Below, piece after piece: positions 24,986 through 35,378 of a stretch of DNA of 54,457 nt. The DNA lies in assembly GCA_018398765.1 (NCBI GenBank), contig JAHBMJ010000142.1, positions 1 through 54,457 on the forward strand, read 5' to 3'. The notes under the pieces were generated by a model. It did no database searches and had not been told where the DNA came from. It was given only the letters and a program-made list of their open reading frames with translations. The DNA is from Chromera velia. Taxonomy: Eukaryota. A program made the position numbers and the translations under genes. Position 1 is the stretch's first letter, and the number at the start of each line of letters is the position of its first letter.

Positions 24986-26412
24986 CCTGAAAACTTTTTT
25001 TTTAAAAAAATAAATCCCGAATCGCATCTTGTGACGAAATTGCAAAATTCAAGTGTATGCGGTATATATACTTTGTATTTAAACTGTTAGATCGAATTGA
25101 CCTTTAGGCTCTAGATCAACCTGTGAAATAGATTTACTACCTTTATTTTCTATTCAGCGATAATTTATTCAAAGGCGATTCAAAGCCCTATGGCGCACTG
25201 TTGCGTGTACTTTCCATGCATGCACGATGCCCCACGCTACGCTTTCCGGGGCCACTTTGTGTTTTGTCAATTCTGCATGGCGATTCGGCGCGTCCCCCCG
25301 CGCGCTTCGCTTTCTGCGGGGCCACCATGGGGCCACCATGGGGCCACCAATCGGTCTGCACGGACAATCACAGACATGCACAGACTGAATCCGATTCCAC
25401 ACTGTGTACAATCGCTATCGCTAGTGAAAGTGGCTATGTATTAATAGTGTGTTCTTTCTGCTGCTGGAGAGTCAGTGGGTTTCCAAAGCTTCGAACAACG
25501 ACATGTCTCAGTTCCGACTTGAAGATTGATTCTGCAAGCATCTTTCTGGTTGATTGGGTGCTAGTAGGTGTCGACACTTCAGTTGTGGAAGAGACGCCTT
25601 GGCTCCTCAAGCCTGAAGTATATCTGAATTGGTAGGCCTTACACCCCTTTTCCAATTCCCTGTTCTGAAGACGACTGACAGGCTGAAGCAGGCTGATCAA
25701 GTTTGCTTCTGTTTTGTCCCTCCTTCCTTCCAAGGGGATCTCGAGTTCGATCGGCGGCTCTTCTGCTGAAGGGTCGATGACCATTCCCTTGTCTTCGAAT
25801 CCGGAGCTGTTCAAGCAGAGGAACGCGCACAGAATGGCGCACGCACAGAGGTCAGGTGAATGCAGTCAAATAAGGATGTCTGGCTGCTGCATGTCAGGAG
25901 TATTTCTGACTTCGTGACTGCAGGTGCAGGCAGGGAGGTCAGACATGTTGACAGTGTGTGGATGTTCATGGATCGATAAGTGGAGAGCACGAGCCTAAGA
26001 AGTTGAAGAGGGAAAATCAGAGCATCAGAAACGTCGAAGTGTCCAAGTGAAAGCTCTGCATGGTTGTGTGGGAGAGAGAGATCCATCCAGGAAAGACGAC
26101 CAGTGGATCACACTAACGAAGTGAACACCTGAAGACATTCAAAGCATCTCGAACAAACGATTGACGGAGGAAATCAAAGGCGGAAGAGAGAGAAGAGAGA
26201 GAGAGAGAGGGGGGCGCAAGAAGCAAAGAAGAAAAAAGAAGAACGAAGTCCAAGTTGCAGAAAAGAAGCACACAGAAAACAAAGCGAGCGCCAACCAGCC
26301 AACTCCACCTGTGTCTCCACGGTGTTATGTGTACAGGTCGTGTATCCGCTTCATCTTTCTCTTTCTCTCCATCAGTGTACATGCGTGAAACAGAATTCTA
26401 TTTGTGACTAAA

Positions 26413-26926
26413 ATGTACGTCTTTCGTACGTTTGCCCACTTCAGGTACGGAGACCAGCGGGCGGCACTGTTTGGGAATCCAAACGTGGGCAGGGGGGGGC
26501 AGGCGGGGGGCAGAGCGGGCAGCAGTGGGGGGGCAAACGGGAAGGCCGCGAAGGCAGCCGCGAACTCCCACGCGATGATGGAGGCAGAGAACGACCAGAT
26601 GATTGAGGACCTCGAGGCGAAGGTCCAAGTCCTCAAAGAGGTCCGTCCGTCGTTCGTTGGTCATCTCTCTTTCTCTTCCCCCCCCCCCCAACCCCCCCCA
26701 CTGTGTGTGTGCGTGTGGGTGGGTGGGTGAGTGAGTGAGTGGAGACGCGGTGCATCGTCACATCTGCCCTTCTGTCTTTCTTTTGACAGCCTTGCTGGCA
26801 CGGCGCCGGCGTGCGCGCAGAGCCAGCGAGGCTGTCTCTCTCTCTCTCTCTCTCTCTCGCTCGCTCGCTCTCTCGCTCGCTCTCTCGCTCGCTCTCTCTC
26901 TCTCTCTCTCTCTTTCTTTCCTTCCT

Positions 26927-26958
<32 letters not shown>

Positions 26959-26984
26959 TTCTTTCTTTCTTTCTTTCTTTTCTT

Positions 26985-27027
<43 letters not shown>

Positions 27028-27978
27028 CTGAATGCTTGAGTTATTGGGTGAGAGAGTGAGTGCAGGTGGGGTTCGGCATCAAAAACGAGGCCGCTGACTC
27101 AAATGACATCCTCTCAAACATGGTAAGTCAGTCAGGCGGATAGAGGGGAAGCCGGTCTGTGAGTAAATCTCCCCCCCCCCCCCCTTTCTCTCTCTCACTC
27201 TCTCTCATCACTCCATGATTGAGAGTGAACTAGAGGTTGTGAAGAATCTCAAGTCCTCCTGGCCGATCAGACAGTCGTCTTTGCAGCTGCGTTTGGTGTC
27301 TCTGTCTGCCTGTCTGTCTGCCTCTGGGTCTGGGTGGTTTGTACGTCTGTCGTTCCGTGTCTCCCTGTCTCCTCAACTACCTTTCTCCTTCCCTCTCCGT
27401 CTGTGCTCTGTGTCTTGATTCGTTCTTTGCGTATCTACTGAATCTTCTTGCCGTGTGTCTTTCTTGCTGTCTGTCCTTCCTGCCTGCCTGCCTGTCTTCG
27501 GAACGAAATAAAGTGAAAAGAAAAGAAAGGACGATACAGTCTGTCTGGTCTGTCCGATTCGACAATGAGTCAAGAGAAGAAAACAAGAAGAAAAAAAAAG
27601 AACATGCAGTCTGCGCTGTTTGTCTGCCTCAATCTCTGTGGCGGCAGTCTTTTCGTCGGTCTGTTGGCTGGCCTGTCTCTTTCTCTCTTCTGGCCTGTCT
27701 CTTCGTTTTTCTTTTTCCGGAAACGAATCCCAAGTATCCTTCCTGACCAACAAACAGGCTGTAAGTGTGCATGTGTTCTTTCCCTTGTGTCTGTCTGTCT
27801 GTCTGTCTGCGAGTTCAACTTATGGCCAATATGATGGCAACGACGTGTGACGAAATCCTCCTGGTTATTTTCGAATAGCCTGTTATCTTTTCTCGTTTCC
27901 TCAAAGGAGGTATTTCCTTGCAGGTCCTTATACCTGTGAGCAGTCACACACACACACACACACACACGCACAAGCACG

Positions 27979-28015
<37 letters not shown>

Positions 28016-29549
28016 ATGCCTACACGCACACGCATTCTTTCCATCTGGACGGGCGGTCAAAAGAAGAGATCCAACAAGTAGAGAGGGATTTTGCTTCTGT
28101 TTGTGTCATCGACTGAAAAAGGGAACCCCAGAAGAAGAAATTAAAAATAAAGGGAACCCCAGAAGAAGAAGGTGGCGAATGCTGAAAACGAACTCCTTGT
28201 AGAAGGTCCCTATGCGAAAGGAAATGAAAAGAAACGAACTCGTTCAGATGGAAAGAATGTGGAAGTGCAAGAGGGCAACCCTGCACTGGGCAGTGAAGGG
28301 CCGCAGGGTACGACTCAAGGCCTGGAGCTCTGGTACCCTTCCACTGAGAGCGCGCCAAAAGAAAAGAAGAAAACAGAAGAGAATGAAAGGAAGGCTCTGT
28401 TTGTTCGTCTGTGTCTGTCTGTCTGTGTCTGCTTGTTTGTGTGTCTGTNNNNNNNNNNNNNNNNNNNNNNNNNNNNNNNNNNNNNNNNNNNNNNNNNNNN
28501 NNNNNNNNNNNNNNNNNNNNNNNNNNNNNNNNNNNNNNNNNNNNNNNNNNNNNNNNNNNNNNNNNNNNNNNNNNNNNNNNNNNNNNNNNNNNNNNNNNNN
28601 NNNNNNNNNNNNNNNNNNNNNNNNNNNNNNNNNNNNNNNNNNNNNNNNNNNNNNNNNNNNNNNNNNNNNNNNNNNNNNNNNNNNNNNNNNNNNNNNNNNN
28701 NNNNNNNNNNNNNNNNNNNNNNNNNNNNNNNNNNNNNNNNNNNNNNNNNNNNNNNNNNNNNNNNNNNNNNATTTCTTCTTCTGGGGTTCCCTTTTTCAGT
28801 CGATGACACAAACAGAAGCAAAATCCCTCTCTACTTGTTGGATCTCTTCTTTTGACCGCCCGTCCAGATGGAAAGAATGCGTGTGCGTGTAGGCATGAGT
28901 GTGTGTGTGTGTGTGTGTGTGTGTGTAGGTGTGCGTAAGTCCAAGTGTAAGTGTAAGTGTAAGTCTGCGTCCATGTCCGCTCTCTGTTTTGCTGGTGCTT
29001 GGGTGTTGCGTGTATGTGTCACAGTCCCGAGCCTCCAAGCAGCCCCGTCAAGCGTAGAGACGCGAGACGTTCGAAGGCTTGGCCTGGTCTACACGGCTGT
29101 GTTGTGCGTCTTTTCGTTGGCATCTTTCTTGACGGTCAACGCCCCTGTCGATAGAGGAAACGCATGTGAAGAGACACACAGCTTGCGTGTGGGCCGCCCT
29201 CCGTGCACAGAGAGACAGTGTCCTCGTGGAAGTGCCTCGCACTTTGCTTTTATGGGATGTGGGTGTCTGTGAATATGCATGTATGTGTGTGTGAGGTTTT
29301 TCAGGGTGAATGGGGAGAGAAATTGCATGGCCAGATCCGTGTACGCCCCCTATCTGCTCCTCGTTCTCTCACTGGTGTGTCTATGTGCAGGGTGGCTGGC
29401 ATATGTGGTACATGGTAGCTTTTGTGGTGTTTGTGTTCCTGTTGATGTGGTGGTTCTATGGGGCGGCCTCACGAGGGGGGAGCTCAGTCTCTGCGTCCGG
29501 TGTAGAAGCCGGAGAGATCCTCGGGACTGAGGGTGGCTCCACGCGATAG
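26413..29549 (+). CDS. BET1: Bet1/GS15-like Qc-SNARE; one middle exon not found (probably in the N gap)
   Basis: Exons ~26413-26640 (..MMEAENDQMIEDLEAKVQVLKE), 27066-27122 (VGFGIKNEAADSNDILSNM) and 29391-29549 (GGWHMWYMVAFVVFVFLLMWWFY TM helix plus tail). END..I..L..KV..LK.....I..E is the Bet1 SNARE pattern. Start is uncertain. Confidence 0.75.
28031..28261. mobile_element. Putative small TIR element in the SNARE intron
   Basis: CGCATTCTTTCCATCTGGACGGG (28031-28053) vs CTCGTTCAGATGGAAAGAATGTG (28239-28261): 23-bp inverted repeat with 3 mismatches. Internal direct repeat AAAGGGAACCCCAGAAGAAGAA x2. No target-site duplication seen. Confidence 0.4.
28291..28448 (+). mobile_element. Dispersed repeat (possible retroposon 3' end) with purine-rich tail running into (TCTG)n
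   Basis: CCTGGAGCTCTGGTACCCTTCCACTGAGAGCGCGCCAAAAGA...AAACAGAAGAGAATGAA (28321-28387) recurs inverted at ~49334-49405. Confidence 0.55.
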
Positions 29550-29673
29550 CCTTCGCTGCTATCGCTAAGTCTCGATGAAGTCACGTTGTCGGCTAGCTTG
29601 TCAAAGATTCTTTCACTTTGAAATTTTTTTTTCCAGTCCTAGTTCCAGTCAATCAAGAGGATCCCATGTTAGC

Positions 29674-29780
29674 CCCTATTAAATTCCTGGTCACTTTACT
29701 GGTCAATTTACTGATAACCAGTAAATTATACCAGTAAAAAAGTCAATTCTGACCAGTAAAATGTAAATTTACTAGTAGGG
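29674..29780. repeat. CCCTA...TAGGG-bounded cluster of TTACTGG/CCAGTAA motifs (possible MITE relic)
   Basis: Several TTACTG(G) and CCAGTAA copies in opposite orientations, plus a near-palindrome TTACTGGTTACCAGTAA at 29979-29995. Confidence 0.4.
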
Positions 29781-30085
29781 TAGAACTCAAAAAGTATAAG
29801 AAGTTAGAATGCCTAACGTTAGAAGTATCTAGCTATAGCTCTGGATATAGATGACGATGGCGTGTCATATCATAGTCATATATCGAAAGAGATCTTGACT
29901 TCAAGTTTATTACGCATGACCGCTTGGTCCTGACAAGTCCTGAAGCCTTAGAAACACTAAAAAGAAAAGAGATCAAAATTACTGGTTACCAGTAAAAATG
30001 CTGTAGAGAGAAGTTTTTCAGACTAATATTGAAAAGAGTCTAAATCGATTGGCATCATTGCTGTCTACAGTAGCCGGGGGCCAGG

Positions 30086-30430
30086 TGATGATTAAAGGTT
30101 TTGTTATGCATGCCGCGTCCCTATATATAAGGGGCGGATCTACCCTAGTTTGTCAGAAGGTCTACGAACAAGTCTGCTCATCGATCACTTTCAAGCTCGC
30201 GCCTCCAACTGCACTATCAAGCTTGCGCCTCCGACTGACTGCAAGATAAAGAAACGAAATAGAGAAAGGAGAGGCAGGGCAAAACCTTCATAACATTCTT
30301 TTCTCTACCCTTTGTCAAGAGAGAAAGACCTTGAGTCAAGTAAAGACTCTACTTATCTTCGATTCCTCTTCAATCGACTTCCTTCTTCCGTTCATCTCTG
30401 TTTAACTTCCTCCTCCAATTCATTTTTCTG
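30086..30430 (-). mobile_element. 5'-truncated copy (3' UTR only) of the CRE-like retrotransposon family at the window end
   Basis: 30086-30154 aligns without gaps to 50606-50674 (59/69 identical, including GTCCCTATATAT.AGGGGCGGATCTA.CCTAGTTT). Weaker matches continue (CAGGG.A.AACCTTC, CTACCCTTT, AGAAAGACCTT). Right boundary approximate. Confidence 0.7.
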
Positions 30431-31581
30431 GGGGCCAGGAGGCGCCTAGGGGTGCCCCCAGCTTGTTTTTGAAAGTTTATTGAGCGACCCGGGGGCATAT
30501 ATTAATATATCCCGGGTGCTCGTGAGGGTACCCGGAGGCGGCCGACGCGTGCAGCGCACTAATTTTTCCCTAAAGGAGGATAGGTACCAGGGAACCTGAC
30601 CAAAGACCAGATCTGCTTAGTCCTACTTGGTCTGGAACCTTTCAACAATATTAAACAATATAAAACTCGTAACTGACTATACCTGATAGATTGAGACGTG
30701 CGGAGACGGCGTTTGAAGAGTAGTGTTTTTAGTGTAACTTCTCACCCAGCTTAACCCAGCTCTCACTTACTCTCACACCCGTCGCCCATATGCGTCACTA
30801 ACTTCAAGATTCTCCTCATCTGCTCATCCACATTACAAAGTCTGACAAGGCTGTCGCACAGTCCATGCCAGTCTGAGACAAGACAATGGTGGGGTCGAAT
30901 TCAATTGAGCATACGCAAAAATTTTGTTTACTGCCCGGTCCTGCGAAAGGCGTTTGAGACCCGCGAAATGTATAGGGCCGGTGGCGCGCGAAATTCGAGG
31001 TATATAGGGGGTCAGGCTCACCACATTTCGGTTTAGCCTACAGATACCGTGGCTCGGGGGCCATGCACGGCACAATCAGTCGTCCTCCGTACGTATCGCC
31101 ACTTCACCATACTTCACCGGCCGGGGCCATGGCATGCTCCGCAGGAGCATCAAAAGTATTCAAAAGTTCCCATATATCATTTAAGTGTCAGGTTTAACGT
31201 TCAACGTGCAACTTGCAGTGGGTGATCATGTCCTGCATGACCCCCTGACCTCACCTCATGACCTACTGCAGGGCGAGCAGCGAGGCCGTCAAATAGCAAT
31301 GCGTGTGGCGGTGCTCTCGCCGACTGTCTGTATGGAGACGGCGTCTCTGCATGCAAGCACATACATATATTCAAGATCTGCATGACAGCTTGGTTCGTCC
31401 AGTGTGTGCAAGCCGGCCTCTCCCCCCACTCCTCTAGTCAAGCGAAGTGGAGAATCTGTTGAAGTGTGTTCATGCTTCTGGACTTCGCTCTGTTCTTTCC
31501 AGTGCTTCGACGACGGAGACATCGAAACAGGCGGCATAGCATCGGACAAAAAGTTCAGTGAGGAACTGTCCGAACGAATAA

Positions 31582-32730
31582 ATGGCAATTCGTACGTCAG
31601 CACTGCTCCTGCTATATGGGAGCTTGATGCCTGCTGAGCGTTTTTGCGTGTCCTGCTCCAGAAACGTCTCCCCGTCCATGTTGGGGTTCTTTCAAACAAA
31701 GCGACCAGCACCCTCACAGAGAGGACGCGAGCCCGTCTACTTGAACAACCCGGGTGTACGTGAGAATACAAATTACGGGGAGAGCGAGAGATGTAAGGTG
31801 GGGCTTGCTCAATGGGACTCGGAAAGGCTTCTGTTGGACAAGCACAGAGGATCGGTTTTTCATGCGTGATGCACCGGCTTCTTTACTTGTTTGCTTGTTA
31901 TCTTGTTTGTCTGTTTGTTCGTTTGCTTGCCTTGGTACTCAATTCTTTGATTGATGCATTGACTGATTGACTGATTGACGGTCTTTTTTTTTTCATTAAT
32001 TGTTGGTATGTGTGTCAGCTTGATGGATGGATTGGCTGGTTCAGTTTCCCAAGCGGCACTTAATTGTGTCTATCTGTCAGGTGACGCACTGCATTTTTGA
32101 CCTGGACGGGCTCCTCTTGAATACATTCATTTTCATACAGAATTCTTTTTGTATGAAAATGAATGCAGGTGACGCACTGCATTTTTGACCTGGACGGGCT
32201 CCTCTTGAATACAGAGGAGGTGAACACGATCGCGAATCAAGAAGTGTGTGGGGGTTTCGGGAAGGAGTACACCTGGGCGATCAAATCGAAGATGATGTCA
32301 GTCAGTGAGTAAATGAGTGAGTGAGTGAGTGAGTGAGTGAGTGAGTGAGAGAACCCTGCAGGCACGTGAAAGCTGGCTTTGAAGAGAAAGAGGGAGGAGG
32401 CTTTGTGCTGTACGCTGTGACAGAAAAGAAAGACAGGGGAAAGACAGGGCCCCCCTCCCCTCTTTTCCTTTTTTTTTTCTTGGGGGAGTTGCCGGTGATT
32501 GACTCAACTAGAGGCATGCAGGACCAAAGAAAGAATGAATGAATGAATGAGTGAATGAATGAATGAATGAATGGATAGATGGATGCAGGGGGCGACCTAG
32601 GCTTGAGGGTCAGCTGGGACTTTTCTTTTGTATTCTCTTCTTTCGATTTATTCCTCCTTTCAAAGTTTTGACACTAGCTTCTCTTCTTACCGTCTTCTTC
32701 TTTCTTTCTTTCTTCCTTCCTTCCTTTTTT

Positions 32731-32762
<32 letters not shown>

Positions 32763-33690
32763 TCCGTCCGTCCGTCCGTCCGTCCGTCCGTCCGTCCTTT
32801 GTTCCTTCCTTCATTGCTCCTTTTTTCCTTCTTCCTTTCCTTCTTTGTTTTGTTCTTTCTTTTTCCCTCCTTCCTTTTTTTTCTTTTCTTCCTTTTCTCT
32901 TTCGCTTTCCCTTTTGTCCTTCATTCATGACTTCCGTACGTACTTGCATCATGGAGTTCTTTCTGGATTTCCTCCATCCATTTGCTTTTTTTCTCGTATT
33001 CTCTGTCTGTCCGTTTGTGTCACTTCAGGTGCTCGGATCACCATTGAAGCTCTTGATCTTCCCATTGACCCCGAAGAATATTTGAACAAAAGAAATCAGA
33101 TAGTGGTCGGCGAGAGAGAGAGAGAGAGTCGAAAGTCTGCAACCAAGCTGAAAGCTTTTTTCAATTCGTCTCAATTGCCAGACTGAGTTTGAATTCCTCC
33201 AAGTGTAAAATAGTAGAGCCTCAGAGCCGCAAAGCTCTAAAACAATCCGACCGACGAAAAACTTGATTGGTGTCCTGTTTGAAGGCATGCAGACAAAAGA
33301 CAGTGCGATGGTGACTGGAAGGAAGTGAATGCACGAGCTGGCCCCGACTTCTTCCCGACCCCCATGCAGCTCCTTAATTCACTTTGCCCCTCTGTGTGTG
33401 TGTCTGCAAGGAAGGCTCACTTTTCTTCCCTCCCAGCTGACTCCCCTTCTCTTCACCTCCCACCCTTCGATCCTCATGCATGGATTCATTCATTCGCTCA
33501 GAAGAGACTGACGCCAACGCGGACCCAAACAATGCCGGGAGTGGAACGGCTGGTCCGACATCTTCATCGTCTGGGGATGCCTCTCGGAGTGGGTCGGTGT
33601 GTGTGTCTATGTGACTCTCTGCGTGCCTCTGCCAGTCCAGTTATCTCTCTGCAGGTCCCTGTCTCTCTTTCTCTCTGCCTGTAACTTTCT

Positions 33691-33789
<99 letters not shown>

Positions 33790-34901
33790 AGTGAGTGTGA
33801 CGTTTGTGTGCGTGGTCTGCTCATGAGTGAGCAAGAGAGGGGCNNNNNNNNNNNNNNNNNNNNNNNNNNNNNNNNNNNNNNNNNNNNNNNNNNNNNNNNN
33901 NNNNNNNNNNNNNNNNNNNNNNNNNNNNNNNNNNNNNNNNNNNNNNNNNNNNNNNNNNNNNNNNNNNNNNNNNNNNNNNNNNNNNNNNNNNNGGGGGGGG
34001 GGGGGGGGGGGGGGGAGAGAAAGAGGGAAGAGAAAGGGAGAGCTTGAAATTGATAACGACATGGAATTCAGTTGGCGGGTACGTGGGTACCGAGAAATGA
34101 AATCGGTACTTCGTGTGTTTCTCACCAGAGGGCAGACAACCAAGAGACGAAACAAACAAAGCTGGCGAGTAATATCCTTTACCAATTCAACTCTTCGGAC
34201 ACACAGACAGAAAATCAATTTCCGTCTCTCAATTAAGTTGCTTTTTGTGTGTATTGGCTTCTCTGTCTGGCTGTTTGTTTCTTTTACGCTTTGTTGCTGA
34301 AGCATTTGGGTCAAGAGTCCTCGATCGTTGCTGCCGTCACAGCATTTGAGGACAGGACAAGGCAATTTTGGAAGCACTCATTTTCTGAATTGTTCAACAT
34401 TCTCGCATGCAGATTGCGACTTCATCTCGGCGCGAGTCGTTTCTCCTGAAGACTCAAAAGTTTCCCTCTCTGTTCAACCTTTTTGACGTGATCGTAATGG
34501 GAGACGACCCAGCAATCCGGAAGGGAAAGCCCTCGCCTGAGTGTTATTTGGAAGCGGTTGCAAGACTCAGAAGGAATGGAGAAACCGAAGGGGACGGGGG
34601 AGAGAGGCAACACAGGCTGGCTGAGCAGTCTACCCCTTCAGAGACAGGCTTGGACAAGGAGGGGGTGAACGAGAGCGTCCTGGTTTTTGAGGACGCACCG
34701 TCAGGTCTGGAGGGTGCTCTTGCAGCAGGCATGCAGGTCTGCTTTGTTCCCGATCAGAGATTACTTGATCAGGGAGTTCAATCGTTTCCTGTCTTTGAAC
34801 AGATCGCCAAGGATGAAAGACTTCGACGGCGAGTGAGACAATTGAAGTCGTTGGAAAACTTTGAACCAGAGGCATTTGGCATACCCCCGTTTAATTCCTA
34901 A
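31582..34901 (+). CDS. PUDP: HAD-superfamily phosphatase, HDHD1/GS1/pseudouridine-5'-phosphatase-like, ~338 aa, with N-terminal leader
   Basis: Phase-consistent exons 31582-31797, 32169-32296, 32589-32608 (20-nt micro-exon), 33029-33105, 33502-33588, 34413-34901. Motif [37 protein letters not shown], motif II IATSS, motif III KGKPSP, motif [11 protein letters not shown]-terminal [14 protein letters not shown]. Confidence 0.9.
32078..32213 (+). repeat. 48-bp direct duplication of acceptor plus exon start, separated by a 42-nt hairpin
   Basis: CAGGTGACGCACTGCATTTTTGACCTGGACGGGCTCCTCTTGAATACA at 32078-32125 and 32166-32213. Hairpin CATTCATTTTCATACA-GAATTCTTTT-TGTATGAAAATGAATG at 32124-32165. 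Confidence 0.9.
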
Positions 34902-35194
34902 ATGAATAAAGCCGCCGAGTGCGAATCGCGGTGTGGGGACCGGTCATACACGATGTAGTTTCAAGCACTCTCAGCCTAGACTTTTACCAAAGTGAAGTCA
35001 GAATACGATTACTTTCGCTGCTTTCGCTTCCATGCTTGCCTGGCGGAGACTGGCATATACGAGTTGCAAATGGTTGCAAGCCTGTGTGTATGTGCTTCAT
35101 TTTGCTGGGATTTTCTTTTTGGTCTGACAGTCAGGGAGGTTGTGCGTGCATGCGTGCGTGCGTGTGTGTGCGTGTGCGTGCGTGCGTGCGTGCG

Positions 35195-35236
<42 letters not shown>

Positions 35237-35269
35237 TGTGTGTATGTGCGTGCGCGTGCGTGCGTGTGC

Positions 35270-35312
<43 letters not shown>

Positions 35313-35343
35313 TGAGTGAGTGAGTGAGTGAGTGAGTGTGTGG

Positions 35344-35378
<35 letters not shown>

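Noticed and set aside
25434..25814. 126-aa minus-strand ORF
   Set aside because: No motif or splice support; it lies antisense to the probable 5' UTR of the SNARE gene.
28340..28365. Hammerhead ribozyme core (CTGAGAG-CGCGCC-AAAA resembles CUGANGA..GAAA)
   Set aside because: Neither copy has an exact CUGANGA or the GAAA after stem II, and no NUH cleavage site with stem III could be built.
28005..28905. Inverted duplication 28005-28141 vs 28771-28905 as a biological hairpin
   Set aside because: The copies look identical and one abuts a 322-N gap, so it is most likely a scaffolding or orientation artefact.
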